Both the position numbers and the translations under genes were made by a program. Below, in pieces: positions 23,943 through 36,300 of a stretch of 64,000 nt of DNA. Numbering within the stretch: the stretch's first letter is position 1; every line of letters starts with the position of its first letter. Under the pieces are notes generated by a model that saw only the letters and a program-made list of their open reading frames with translations, ran no database searches and was not told where the DNA came from. Origin of the DNA: Raillietiella orientalis (taxonomy: Eukaryota); contig JAYWIR010000023.1 in the NCBI GenBank assembly GCA_036172245.1, forward strand, positions 2,480,001 through 2,544,000, read 5' to 3'.

Positions 23943-25399
23943 TTAAGGAGGAACTCACGGATTCTATTCCATTAAATTATGGGGCTTGATTTATAGAAGT
24001 TTTGAAGCTTTCGTTTAAGCGAAGCCCTCAATTTCGATCCTTAGAGGTTTCTGCAAATCTCTGTAAGTCTGATGGGCTTTGATGGTCTTCCGAAATGTAA
24101 TGCACTGTTATTGTTCTCGATAAGCAGTTGCGTTATAGTTTGTTTATGTATTTTGAGCTCGAAATTAGTACATGTTTTTTTTAATCAGTTTCTTTTGCAC
24201 TTACTACATTGCGTAAATTTGACTTTTTTTGCAAGGACTTGCTAATAAATAACTAATGGAGTTCCTTAATGCCGATAATAATTTATTAAATCATCACGAT
24301 GGAATTTTAAATTTGAAGCTTCCAAGATTTCAAGAGTGCCGTAATTTTCTTTGAACTCTCGTGTGTAGTATGAGGAGGACATTTGTGGAGTTTCTGTGCA
24401 TTCATGACGATGAATTCGTTAAAGCTGCAACAGTCGTGTATGAACGAAATGCTGGTATTTCTGAGAAAAACCACAAAACCTCAATATTTGGTAAAAGTGT
24501 TATAACATACCTACTATTCTCCTTCAGACTTGGTTAAAGCTCATGCTGCTTGTTGATTCCGTGTAATCCTATGTTTGAAACAGTCTTGGCTTTATAAAGA
24601 TTCCAACTTTTGAGTTTTTTACCTTGGCGGAGTCTTTGATGTTAACTTTAGAAATCAGTCGAAAGTATTTCTTTCATGCAAATGTGTATCAATGCTGATA
24701 CTTGTCCTGTATAAGTATCACCATATCTGGACATGTTTGGTAGCTTTGATCGTGAGATTATAATTTCTCAAAAAACTCTAATCTAAAGGTTGCTTGGGCA
24801 AATGCAGTTGCAAAGTGTAAATTTCAGCCAATATACTTTGTTCCAGAAATACAAAATTTAAGCATGCTGTTCAATTTTACATATTCATGTTAAAAAAATC
24901 GTAACTTTGTGCTCAGATGCTTAAAATTTTGTTTGTATAGTGAAGTTCATCATTCACTGCAATTTGCTAAGATGGATGTTTGCAATATGGACATTGTCAA
25001 ACAAAGTTAATTAAAGTCGAGATTATTGTTAAGAATGGACATTCGACCCTCCAAATGTTTTATGGATTCGAATATTTAAATGTTTTAAGATTTTTAAAAA
25101 TTGCATGATAGTAAAGTAACTTAATACTGTTACTGATTAATGATCAGAAACAATGAATAGTTGTTTTGGCGTTGAAGTAATTTTTTTGTTAAACTTTATG
25201 TTAAGCTTTCAAAAATTTAAATAAAAGACGATACTTACTTCTTAAACCAGGTTTTTCTTAAAAAATTTTAGGGATTAAGACCAAAATTCTAGACATTTAG
25301 GATGTTTGAGAGACATTACTGTCAATTTGAGATGTGGATATTCCACCATTGTTTTGTAAAATTAAAAGCTTGAGTTGGCAATATAAATAAGTTATACAC

Positions 25400-27355
25400 A
25401 TGGAAGAGAACAGCTTGAAAGAAGCAATTCATGTTTACAAATTGCAGGTAAAATAACTTTCTTATAAGTTTATTTTCCTTGTTCATTCAAAAAAAAAAGT
25501 GTGTGTGTGTATCTATCTGTATCTGCAATACATAGATACACATATTACAAAAGACACCAAAAAAATAGCAAAAATAAGATTTTTAAGGGTATTTCACTGA
25601 GACCAATAATCTGTTCTGATCAAACACTTTGGGATCTTACTTAGTTGGAGCAAGTATCCTTGTCTCTGGCCAGCATACAGGAAACTAGCCAAAATGCAAA
25701 TGATTTGCAACAATTGAAACAGAACTTAGAGGAATTAATTAAATTGACTGAAGATAATTTGTTGGAAGTTAAAAAGAGAACTCTGTTAAAGCAAGCAGAT
25801 AATTATTTGAAAAGTACAGAAGGAGTTGAAGAACAAAATAATGAAACAGAAAATTCACCAATCCAATGCAGTTTAGAGGTATATAATTTTCACTTTGGAT
25901 TGTCATTTTTCCCCCTTAGGATGCTATATATAAAGAAGAACTTGAAAGTTACATCAAAGTGTATCCAGAGTTAGAAGTTGCTTTGAAAGCATTGATAGGT
26001 TCCAAATGTCAGGCACCATTTTCTTGTGACTGGGGCCAATTAGCTTATCACAATGCCTTAATTACACAAATTGAAAATGTCTCTGACAATGAAACCCTCC
26101 CAAAAATTCAAGTAAGTAACATTAGTCTAAAGACATATTTGATATTACATCATTCCAGGTAAGGGTCTTATTTTGCTACCCCGTCTTTCGAAAAATGGTG
26201 CCCTGTACTTATTACCTTGACAACAGATGTCGATACACAGATGAAGAATGTCAGTATTCACATGGACAAATTGTTAATGTGGATGAATTGAGGGAATTTC
26301 AAGATCCAGATTTTAGCCTGTTAACCAAGAATGCAAAATGCCTTGTAAAAAGTGATGATGGCTTATGGAGAGAAGCTACAGTTCAACAAGTCATGCCAGA
26401 TCAAATCTGTGAAATAAAACTTAAGAACAGGACAGATACAGTGACAATGCCTTGGGCAGACATTTATCCCCTTGCTGAACATACAAATGTTGAACAAGAA
26501 ACACAGTTTGAGGATAGTGATATTGCAGTAACTGTTGCTCAGATACCATTTGATGTTTCCACCGGTCCATTGGGTCATTGGGAAAAGTATACCAAAGTAA
26601 CATGAGCACAGTGTCCTGGTATAAACTGATCTATCTTACAGGGTATAGGCTCCAAACTTATGAACAAAATGGGCTACATCGTAGGGCAAGGATTGGGAAA
26701 AATGTCTGATGGACAACTAGAACCTGTTAAAGCATTTATTTATCCCCAAGGGAAATCTTTGGGTAAGTCATCCAAGATGAATATTGCATACAGTACCATT
26801 TCTGGCTCACAGATGCATGTATGGAAATGAGATGCAAGCAGGAAAAATCCAGTGTGGAATCAAAACTTTTGGCAATTCAGAAAAAAGCTGAGAAAGCATC
26901 ACAGCAGCAGTATATCCAGCATATGGCATCTCAGTCAATTTTTGACTTTATTAATACAACTCTTAAAGAAAAAAAAGGTTTGTTTCATGTGTTTTTAAAT
27001 GCTGTCTTCCTATACTTGTTGTGTAGATAATATGGAGGCAATTTCGTGCTCACAGAACAGTTGCGAGAAAGTAGCAACTAAACTACAAAAAAATTTTAAA
27101 AAAGTTTCAACACTAAAACTCAATCAACAGAATTTTAAAATTTCTGAAGATATCAACAAACTTGAGCGTGAAATCAGTAGATTGCAAAGCTCATTGGAGA
27201 GAAATATAGTTCGTAAGGACTCCATTGTTGTGAAAAAACTGCAAATTCAAATAAAACACAAAATGGAGGAACTGGGGAAATTGAAAGCTTCAGAGACAGC
27301 AATTTCAAGAGAGCAACAAAAACGAGAAACAGCCAAAAAACTCACAATTTTTTAA
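25400..27355 (+). CDS. ZGPAT: Zinc finger CCCH-type with G-patch domain protein
   Basis: Exons 25400-25447, 25645-25878, 25920-26111, 26159-26596, 26642-26762, 26813-26977, 27027-27355, all GT-AG and in phase. [20 protein letters not shown]...LEELIKLTE start; VRVLFCYP...[26 protein letters not shown] finger; Tudor-like [14 protein letters not shown]-patch [27 protein letters not shown]-terminal KKLTIF. Confidence 0.96.
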
Positions 27356-27438
27356 AATTAACTCCTAATGTCTTGAAATATTGCCTCAGTTTTGCTTTTT
27401 GCAATGAAAAAATATCCATGATGTAAAATTTTTTCATT

Positions 27439-28138
27439 TCATTTTTTCTTTCTAACTGAGGTTATTTTCCTACATTTATTCATAATTTTGGGGTGACTTC
27501 TTTGTTGATGATGTTTCTTAGCAGTCTGAATTTTTGATTTTGTAGGTCTTCTTAGCACCTGGATAGACTTTTGTCTCATCTCCTCCTTTTGAATTTTCAG
27601 TTGTTCCTTTGCTTTGGCTCTTTCTGCCAGTAATAGTTTAAAATTCATAGCTGGCTTTGGGGCTGGTTTTGCACCTAACTGAATAGCCAATTCAGTTTGG
27701 GCCTGATGTTTGTTCTTTTTATCTAGATTTGCAATATTGAATTTTCGGATCTCATGCATGGTTTTCCGTACATCAATGATGGGAGTATGATTTTTTGAAG
27801 TTGACTCAATTTTACTGGATAAATTTACTTTCGGTTCATGTGGAGAAATTCTTTCCTTTGATTTTTCATGGAAAACTATCACCTCTGGTAAAACTGATGT
27901 TCCACAGATCTGCCTACGTTCAGAAGCCTTAGTTTGTATAGTTTGTAGCTTATGTACAGGAATTTTTATTTCTGGCGACCTTTCTACATTTCCTAAATCT
28001 TTACAAAATGTGAAACGTTAATAGGGATTTAAACAATAATTGTGATCATTGCATTGATGAATATTATTTACCTCCAAAGATTTCTGCAATTTTCCTAAGC
28101 ACTTTATTATTTTTACTAGTTCTTTCTGAAGTGGACAT
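27439..28138 (-). CDS. C1orf131: C1orf131/DUF4602-family protein (small-subunit processome assembly factor homologue)
   Basis: Exons 28138-28072 and 27992-27439 (79-nt GT-AG intron, phase 1). Family motif HEIRKFNIANLDKKNKHQAQTELAIQLGAKPAPKPAMNFKLL; lysine-rich C-terminus. Confidence 0.88.
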
Positions 28139-29014
28139 GGAATTTGCATCAGTCCAAAAATTTCAGTATACACAGCACTCTGGGGAATTCCAATGTAGTG
28201 TGATGCTTTTCAAGATTATGTAAAACATCTGTAAATATTAAAAAAGCGAAATTTTTTATAAACCTGTTAATTTGCTATGATACACATATTTCTAGGTTAC
28301 TGATATTCCTCAAATTTGAAAAGGTTGCTTTATTTTTTGGCACCAAGTACTTCATAATTGTTAATGATTAAAACATCAGCAAACAAACCCACGATGGGAG
28401 AATTTCTTAATAACTTTCATTTTCATATCGAATTTTATTTTCGTAACGATTTTATCAAGTTGGACAATGATTTTATTTACAGAAATTAGTTTCAAAACAA
28501 AGTAGCGGAATACATACACAATCGACAATATTACCATAAAACACTAACCCTCCTAAACAAATCCTTAATTTCACTTCTGTAAATAATGGCCTATCTTTAA
28601 TGTTGAAATCAAGACTAAAGAAGAAAAATGTTTTCATGCCTAAAAGCTATTTTGATACCCTACTTTAATGAAGGCTACCTTGAGATCACAGCTGATAGCA
28701 GAAATTGAAATCTTATTTTTCTGGAAGTTAAAAAAAACCTATCATTTTCATGGGCACAAAATAGCCCCAGGTTTCTCATTACAAAAGGTCATTGATACAG
28801 TTCATCGATACAAATTTTAGATGAAGATTTGTATCACTGAATTGACCTTCCGTATTATCACCAAATGTCCCCTTTGTGCTTAACTCGAACTTTCTGGGTC
28901 ACAAACACTCAAATGAGAATCCACCGTTCTAATCTTTTGCTGCTCCGCGAGTGTGAAGATTTCGCCTTCATGATTGATCCAAGGATGCAGAACCCATGGA
29001 ATTCACAGAGCATA

Positions 29015-32000
29015 TCACGAATTATTATCGAAAGAATTCAAATGGATGCCTGCATATAATGAATATAGAGTGCATAGTTATCAAAGGCTACCTTTTTACT
29101 TAAAATATTTCATGTCCAAAAATCTTATCAAAAGATCTACGAAACTTACACTAAATAGACCTAAACGCCTCTCGGAAGCAAACAGTAGTTCAGTCTCTCA
29201 ATAATACTTATTATTCAAACATTTGCATGCGTTCCAAATATTTCAATTTCAACACAAATAAATACTTATTTCTTACAGATTTAACTAATTTCAGTAAAGC
29301 AAAAAAAAGAGCAGCACTAGCACTTTATGAAAAGCTATGCGACAGTCGTACACGAACTTTATTCATACCAGAGTCTGAAAAGAATTAGAATTTCCATTAC
29401 CAAACAATCGTTTCGAATAAATTTTACCGTTGCAATTATTGTAATTATGCAATAAATCAAAAGGAATCGTCAAATGCTGTCTTTGATTAATTATATTTCC
29501 ACAGTAAAGTTCTCACCATTTGTAAATGCTGGTTTAAAAATACCTTCACATAAGATACTGGAATTCATTCATTGAACTAGTACACGGAAAATATTTTTCA
29601 ATTTTTCATACTTTGAGTGCTTTATTAATTAAAGTAACAGATGCACAAACGTAGCTAAGTTGTCATTATTCAAGAAAATTGATAATTCAGATTTCCTCGG
29701 TAGCGAATACTTTTGATAAAACCATAACTGATCTCTTTGGGGACAAATGCATCTTTTTTTTGAGGACATTTTCACAGACCTTTTACAAAACTGAAGTCAA
29801 GGAATTAACTTGAATTTTCTGATGGTAATTTAGTGAATCCAATAACGCCATTGCATAATTGGATTTATTAATACATACAACTTTACTATTACACAAATCC
29901 ATAGAAGTTTGCATAATTCCTTGGAACCTCATCTTGAAAGTACATCAAGATTAGCTTGTTAAGACCAACTACTTTGTCTTCAAAATACAGCGTCATTTGT
30001 TTGAAGTCTAGGGGATCAAACTAGTTTCTATTACTGAAATTTGTACTGTAAACCTTCATTTGTTGTTTCCTTAATTTTATCCAGGTCGCTTTTGTCTAAA
30101 TAAAAACTTTTACTTTACGCTGTACGCCGTAATTCTTTTTGTATGACTGTTGTTTCATCTCTGATACTGCATTTGCAATAATTCTGAAGAATTACTTCTA
30201 ATTTTTTTTTGATTTATAGTCGCTTCCAGCTCCAATTCATACTCCGATTCGGTCTAGGTCTAATCAATAGAATAGTACTCTGAAAAGAGGGAAAAACAAA
30301 AGATCTTGTTTTTCTTTTCATATCACTGTTTAGAGACTCATGTGCAAGGTGGTTTAAGAGCTTCACTCGGAAGTAATGAATCTTTCCATGATCTGGATTC
30401 AGTTTCAAGATGATCCCTGCAAAGAAACTTTCAAGAAACATTGCAAAGACTTTTTCTGTTGAAGCAGACATTCTCATTGGCTCTATGTGTCGTGAAGAAT
30501 AAACTCTGGTTCCGAGACAAAAACTCACTTTGTGTATTTAACGTAACTCCTTAGCTCTGATATTGCAGAAGCCTTTTGTCGAATTGACTTGGGATCTCCT
30601 GCCGCGAAACAAGTCCACATATGTCTATTTCGTTTGCATGGTCTGGAAGACCCACTTGTTCAGGAATTGGAATGTTTATAACTAAACTATTCAGATTTCG
30701 TGTGTCATAAAATAGTGATCCGGAGATTGCTAACTCTTGATGTCTCCTAAAGAGAACACTAAGCTTCTGCAATACTCATAGATGCTACTTTATCATTTAA
30801 ACACATAGTGGTTTATTCTTCACTGTATCTTATAGATATTAATCTCAATACAAGAACAGCGTGTCCAAGAGAGGAAGGTATCGGCATTTTTGAATATTGA
30901 AAATTCTAAAGATAAGAGATAAACAAATTCACATATTTACAACAAGCAACAGAACTACCAGGAGTAACTGAATTTGAGTCTCCAAAATTAAAAATGTAAT
31001 AATCTATTTTTATGAGAAATTAAGGTTTAGTCTTTATGAAGGCCAATTTCAGGGAATTTTTCGTGTCTGATTCGTGACTGAGATCCGAAAATTTTCTAGA
31101 AAGGAAATTATTTCTATTTTAAATTATTTCTGTCTATTCACATTATGGAAATATAATGAATGATCTTGTCTAATGTGCATTATTCAGTTAATAGTCAATA
31201 CCATGAATTTGATTAGAACCATTGTTCAATAATATTTAGAAATTTGAGGGGGGAAAAAAAAGTGAAGGGTAGCATTAAAATTGTATTCATTGAGCAGATG
31301 AAATTATTTTGACGAAAAATAATTATCAAAATCTAATGCAACTTTTCTTTTACGTTGCCTAAGTGCTTTCTACTTTGAATTTAATAGGCACATGAGATTG
31401 AGATTAGTACGAACTCTTTAAATGTATGCATCTAAGTGGCAATTATTCATGAAAGGTAATTGGAATAATTGGAAAATCTATTCACACATTGGTAAAAAAC
31501 ATATTAATTAAAACGCATACCATTTTTGCTTTGAATTCTTCAGATTTCAAAATTATAACTGCTTCAGACTGACCTCTAATTAGCCATACGTAATCATAAA
31601 AAATTAAAAGAAAATGCTAGATTAGAAAGAATTTCGCCAGTTTTCCCGAATTTTTGATATAATTCCATGAAAGCAGATTACAATTAGTGCAATAGCATTC
31701 AATAAATTTCTTTAGTTGGCTTATGAAATCGTTCTCTAAGCAATGTTTTGATTAATTCTGTGTAAGCTTTTGTAACACAAAATGACAATGCAAAATTTTC
31801 TCGCTCTATCCAAAACTTGAAAGATTGTTATTCAGATCATGTTAGATTTCAGTCTGATAACAAAGACGATCTTTTAATATCGAAACAGTGACATTGTTTT
31901 GAAACTATGCTAACTTTGCAATAAAATATGAATGAAACACACTCAGATGCACATTAATTTTTTTAAAATGTCTGCACTTGCGTTTCTTGCCTAAAGGGCC

Positions 32001-32720
32001 TTATTTCTTTGTATCACAAGTAGTATTTATGTGAAAGGGAACTTTTGTATTTAGAAAAAGGACTTGAATAAACTGAACTTATGAGTCGATTAATCAAACC
32101 TATTCATTCAAATCAGGTGCTGCTATTGTGGGAATTCTAGTTATCATATACGATATTGACTTATGGAAATTATTTTAAAACCAGAAAAAATGAATGCATT
32201 TACCCATACATTGTTTGCAAGAAGGCATCGACCTAACAGACACACGTTTGGAAATTGAATTCTGTGATGACAAAAGTGGAACAAGATCACATTTCTTTCA
32301 TCCTAAGCATGAAAAACAATTCCTAAATAAATGATCATTAGGCATTTAATATCATAATAGAAAAAAAGCATGATTAGCTTTAGCATAGATTAAATCTTGG
32401 CATAGATTTTAGACCCATCTTAGTGATTTAAATGCGTGAGTTTCATTCACAATCATTCACAAACCGACCAACAACTAGCTTCAGTCTTTATCAATAAAGA
32501 TACATCTGACAAAAAAAATAGAAGCATAACAACTATATAAGTACATTGGAAACTTTAAATCTTAATTCTTCATCCTACTATCTTTACTGCCAGATATGTA
32601 GTACTGGAAGAATCAATCATATCTCCAGAATACATAACACAGAAAATCAATACCCACAAATGTGTGAATTACAATCTCTGAAATCGAACTATTACTGAAA
32701 TCTACGATGTCTCCCTGCTT
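29015..32720 (-). pseudogene. Cryptic multi-exon gene or recently decayed pseudogene; product unknown (some C2-domain-like strands)
   Basis: Open segments bounded by AG/GT, in part joined in phase: 32505-32465, 32302-32204, 31575-31521, 30905-30824, 30746-30656, 30482-30370, 30095-30054, 30007-29893, 29557-29517, 29049-29015 (TGA). Two introns are 46 nt (30483-30528, 30008-30053), a size typical of neighbouring genes. A complete stop-free chain could not be built (in-frame TAA at 30553-30551). Confidence 0.4.
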
Positions 32721-33301
32721 GCTAACTCAAATATACCCGGTACCTGGTGTAACTAAATATAAGAATACAATTATTAAAAAAAAAGAATCATTTATCCCAT
32801 CTACTGTTCAAGTCTGAAATAGGCAATCACTTTTAGATAGATAAAAAAATCAAAACACACAAATCTAGATAAGGGTAAAAATTAAATTTATATAATCCAA
32901 AAGATACGTGATCATGTATCCGATACACAATTATTATTCATGAACTCAATTATTATGCATATAGTTATGGCCAAATTTTAGTGTGTAAACAAAAGGCATT
33001 GTTATATCGCTAATTCATATTATTTAGATTTATTCATGCATTTTGGGTCTCTATTTATGAAATATAAAAAGATTCTCGTAATGTCGATTTCTAAACCCAT
33101 TCATCAATGAACTCCACTATATTCTTATAAATATTTGGTTTGGATTCCAATCTGGTATTGCTGTCAGAGACTGCGGTGCTTAGACTGCGAACAATGCATA
33201 TCGTGTTTGTGGAACCGATTGACTAAATGCGTTATTGCTTCAAAGTTATGGAGTTTTCTCAGTGACGTTTCCAATTTTTCAAAATTGACTTTGGTTGCCC
33301 G

Positions 33302-36300
33302 ATGATGAGTGATATAGCTGAGTTTCGAATATCTTTAAAACAAAATATCTTTAGTGTTTTGAGTTACTCGTCTGAATTGGTATCTTTGAAAGATTTTGAA
33401 ATTGAATATTGGCAAGCTTTTGGTGAACATATTGATTATGAAAAATGTGGTTATGATTCAATTTTATCCTATTTGAACAGTATTCCAGACATCGTAAAAG
33501 TTCAAGAAAAAGATAACGTCTATTATTTGACAGTGGTTAATACTGACGATGCTCCAATGGATACCGATGGTGGTACTATAAAAAGTCATGTAAATGAAAG
33601 CATGGACAGTGGTTCACCTATTGCAGAAGTGGATCCTAATGAAAGAGATGTAATTTTAAATGACTGTCATTACATTTTGCAAACATGTATTGACAAAATA
33701 TCAGAACAGATAGATAGGGTTCAAAAACAATACGTACCTAATAATGTTGAGTTATTAGTTGAAAAATCAATTACTAAACCTAATTCGAAATCCAGAGTTA
33801 GTGTTCCTAAAGCCGTAAAACGTAATTTAAAAAAATTAATACAAAATTTTCCGGATGGTTTAAGAAGTCAAGATTTAACTGGGGAGTTTCTTAAAATGTA
33901 CGGACTCTTTCTCACGTTTAGTTGTTATGGATTTAAGAGTTTCAAAGAAATGTTGGAAAGTTTAGTCGACATAGCTGAAGTTAGGAGTGTTAATGAACAA
34001 ATTATATTATATCCCTCACAAGCTACCTTCATTGAAGAAACTGAAGAAAGTGAAACTGCACTTGATGTTTCAAAGAAACATCCTCAACCAAAGACGACAC
34101 AATCTGTTTCTGCGCAAATAGAGGAAACTGATGAAAACTGTAACTTGGACTTCGTCAAACAAAAATGTGAAGAACTCATGAAAGAATATCCCGATGGATT
34201 ACTTTGCTCAGAACTGCTTCAGAAATATAAGGTAGTACAAAAGATAAATAATCATTTTTGTATTACTGGATTGTATAATGAAACAATAGGTCTTTGTGTA
34301 AAAATGTAAACCTGAGAGAATATGCTTTTAGAATATGCAAGTTCTTATACAGTTCAAACAAATGTGTTACTATTAAAAGCGTTTTTAGTAGTTTTTTTAT
34401 TTTGCTTGTGAACTACGGATGTGTGCAATAATCAGACTATAAAAGATCTCTAATGCCCTAAAACCTGCATTATTTAAAAATAATAAATAAATTGTTTTTG
34501 AAACTTAGTTTTTTTTTTTTTTTTCTTCAAGTCTTTGCAAAATGGTCAGCATCCATAAGGATTTCACTGTTAAAGCAAGCATCTGGTGCAGAGGCATCAT
34601 ATTATTAGGAATGTTAATTTTATTTTTGTGTATGTGTAAAGTGTATATGTTTGATTGAAGTTGTTAGTATTCTATTTTGACATTCTTGTTTTTGAGTATC
34701 TATTTATTGTATTTTAATAAAGAAACTTTTTTTCTTTTTTAAGAAATATACCTCATCAGAATTAAACTATTGGGATTTAGGGTTCATGAGTGTTTTACAG
34801 ATGATATCCAATTTCCATAATTCGTTCTGTTTGATAAAAATGAAAAATGGAGACTTTTTGATCATACATTCGGATGTCAAACAAGAATTTTCAAACACAG
34901 GTAATTAAGAGTATATACATTATCCAATTTCCTATTCCTTTTGTGATATAAATCTTTGTAAAGTCATTTATATTGCAAATGCACATATATGTATGTCTGT
35001 TTAGCTGTTCAAGAGGAAAAACAAAATGAATTTCAAGAAAAAGTTCTTGGTGTGCTGAAAAAGTGCCCCTCTGGAATTCCATTAAGAGATTTCGGCCACA
35101 AATATGAGGTCTGTGTATTGTAAAAATATTACTGAAACTAAGGGAAACAAATGCTGATGGTTCAGAAAATTCTGGGTGAACCATTCCAACTATGCAACTA
35201 TGGTTGCTCTAGCTTGAGAAGCTTTGTATTATATTTGAACCAGATGAATAACAAAGAACTCATTTTCCAGCACAAAGTTGAAGGAATTTGGGTGCAATCT
35301 CTAAAGCCTGTGACAGTGATAGTGAGTTTTATGTTTAAATAACCATAACAACGAGAAATAAAAGGAGATCTCTGATGAAGATAGCAATAATTGCAGAAGA
35401 CTAAGTCTTGACTTGCCTACTGATGTTGTTGGCTTGGGTCAGCAGTATGTACAGTTGCAGTTAGACCTTATATTACAGCTCAATGCTACAGTGGAAGTAC
35501 AAGTTGCTGAAGTGTTTCATCCTCAGAAGTTTTTTGTACAGTTACATGACAAAAAACACACAGCAGCATTGGATGAATTGATGGACCAAATAGAGTAAGT
35601 GAAGAAAATCCATAAGTAAATGGAAGATAATGTTAGTCAGCATGCTATATAAGAGTGAAGTGGGACTCAAATATGTTATGACATGTGAGCAAGCAGTTCC
35701 AGGACAGGCTTGTGCATGTCCATATGAAGGCTATTGGCACAGGGGATTGATAACAGGACGTACAGAAACTGGCCTGTTAGAGGTATTCTTATGGGATATT
35801 AGTATGTGTAATTCTCTTAATTTTAGGTGTATTATTTGGATTTTGGAACATGTTGTACCCTCCGTCCTAATGAGTTGCGCTGGCTGCGTCAGGAATTTTT
35901 CGCCTTACCTGCCCAAGCTATTTTGTCAAGCCTTGCCAATATTCATCCCCCATGTGGTTTGAACTATTGGCCTCAGAAGTCAGCCATGCGATTCTTAGGT
36001 TTAGTCCGTTTCAAGCCATTAGCAGCTCTTGTAGTGGCCATGCAACCATGGCGTGGTTGGGATACATGTTGTTTAACTTTATGCCTGTGTGACACAACAG
36101 GAAAGGAAGATGTACACATCAGTGATCAGTTGATTGAGGAAGGACTGGCTTCTTTGGCAATAGATGACCAGGTGCAGTAGTAATTTCACTTTGATCCCCA
36201 AAATGCAGATAGGTTGACAGATTTCTTGTGGAAGAAGTCACACAGGTCCAACTAATGTAGATGGAGAGCATGAAAGTAGTAGTTGGCGAGGGCAAGGGGC

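Noticed and set aside
24370..24556. Small spliced ORF upstream of ZGPAT (37-nt intron, about 49 aa)
   Set aside because: No recognisable homology, and the intron is shorter than any supported one; could be 5' UTR or chance.
30960..31003. IFNFGDSNS peptide on the minus strand matching the plant GDSL lipase block I
   Set aside because: No other GDSL/SGNH blocks follow; treated as a chance match inside the cryptic gene candidate.
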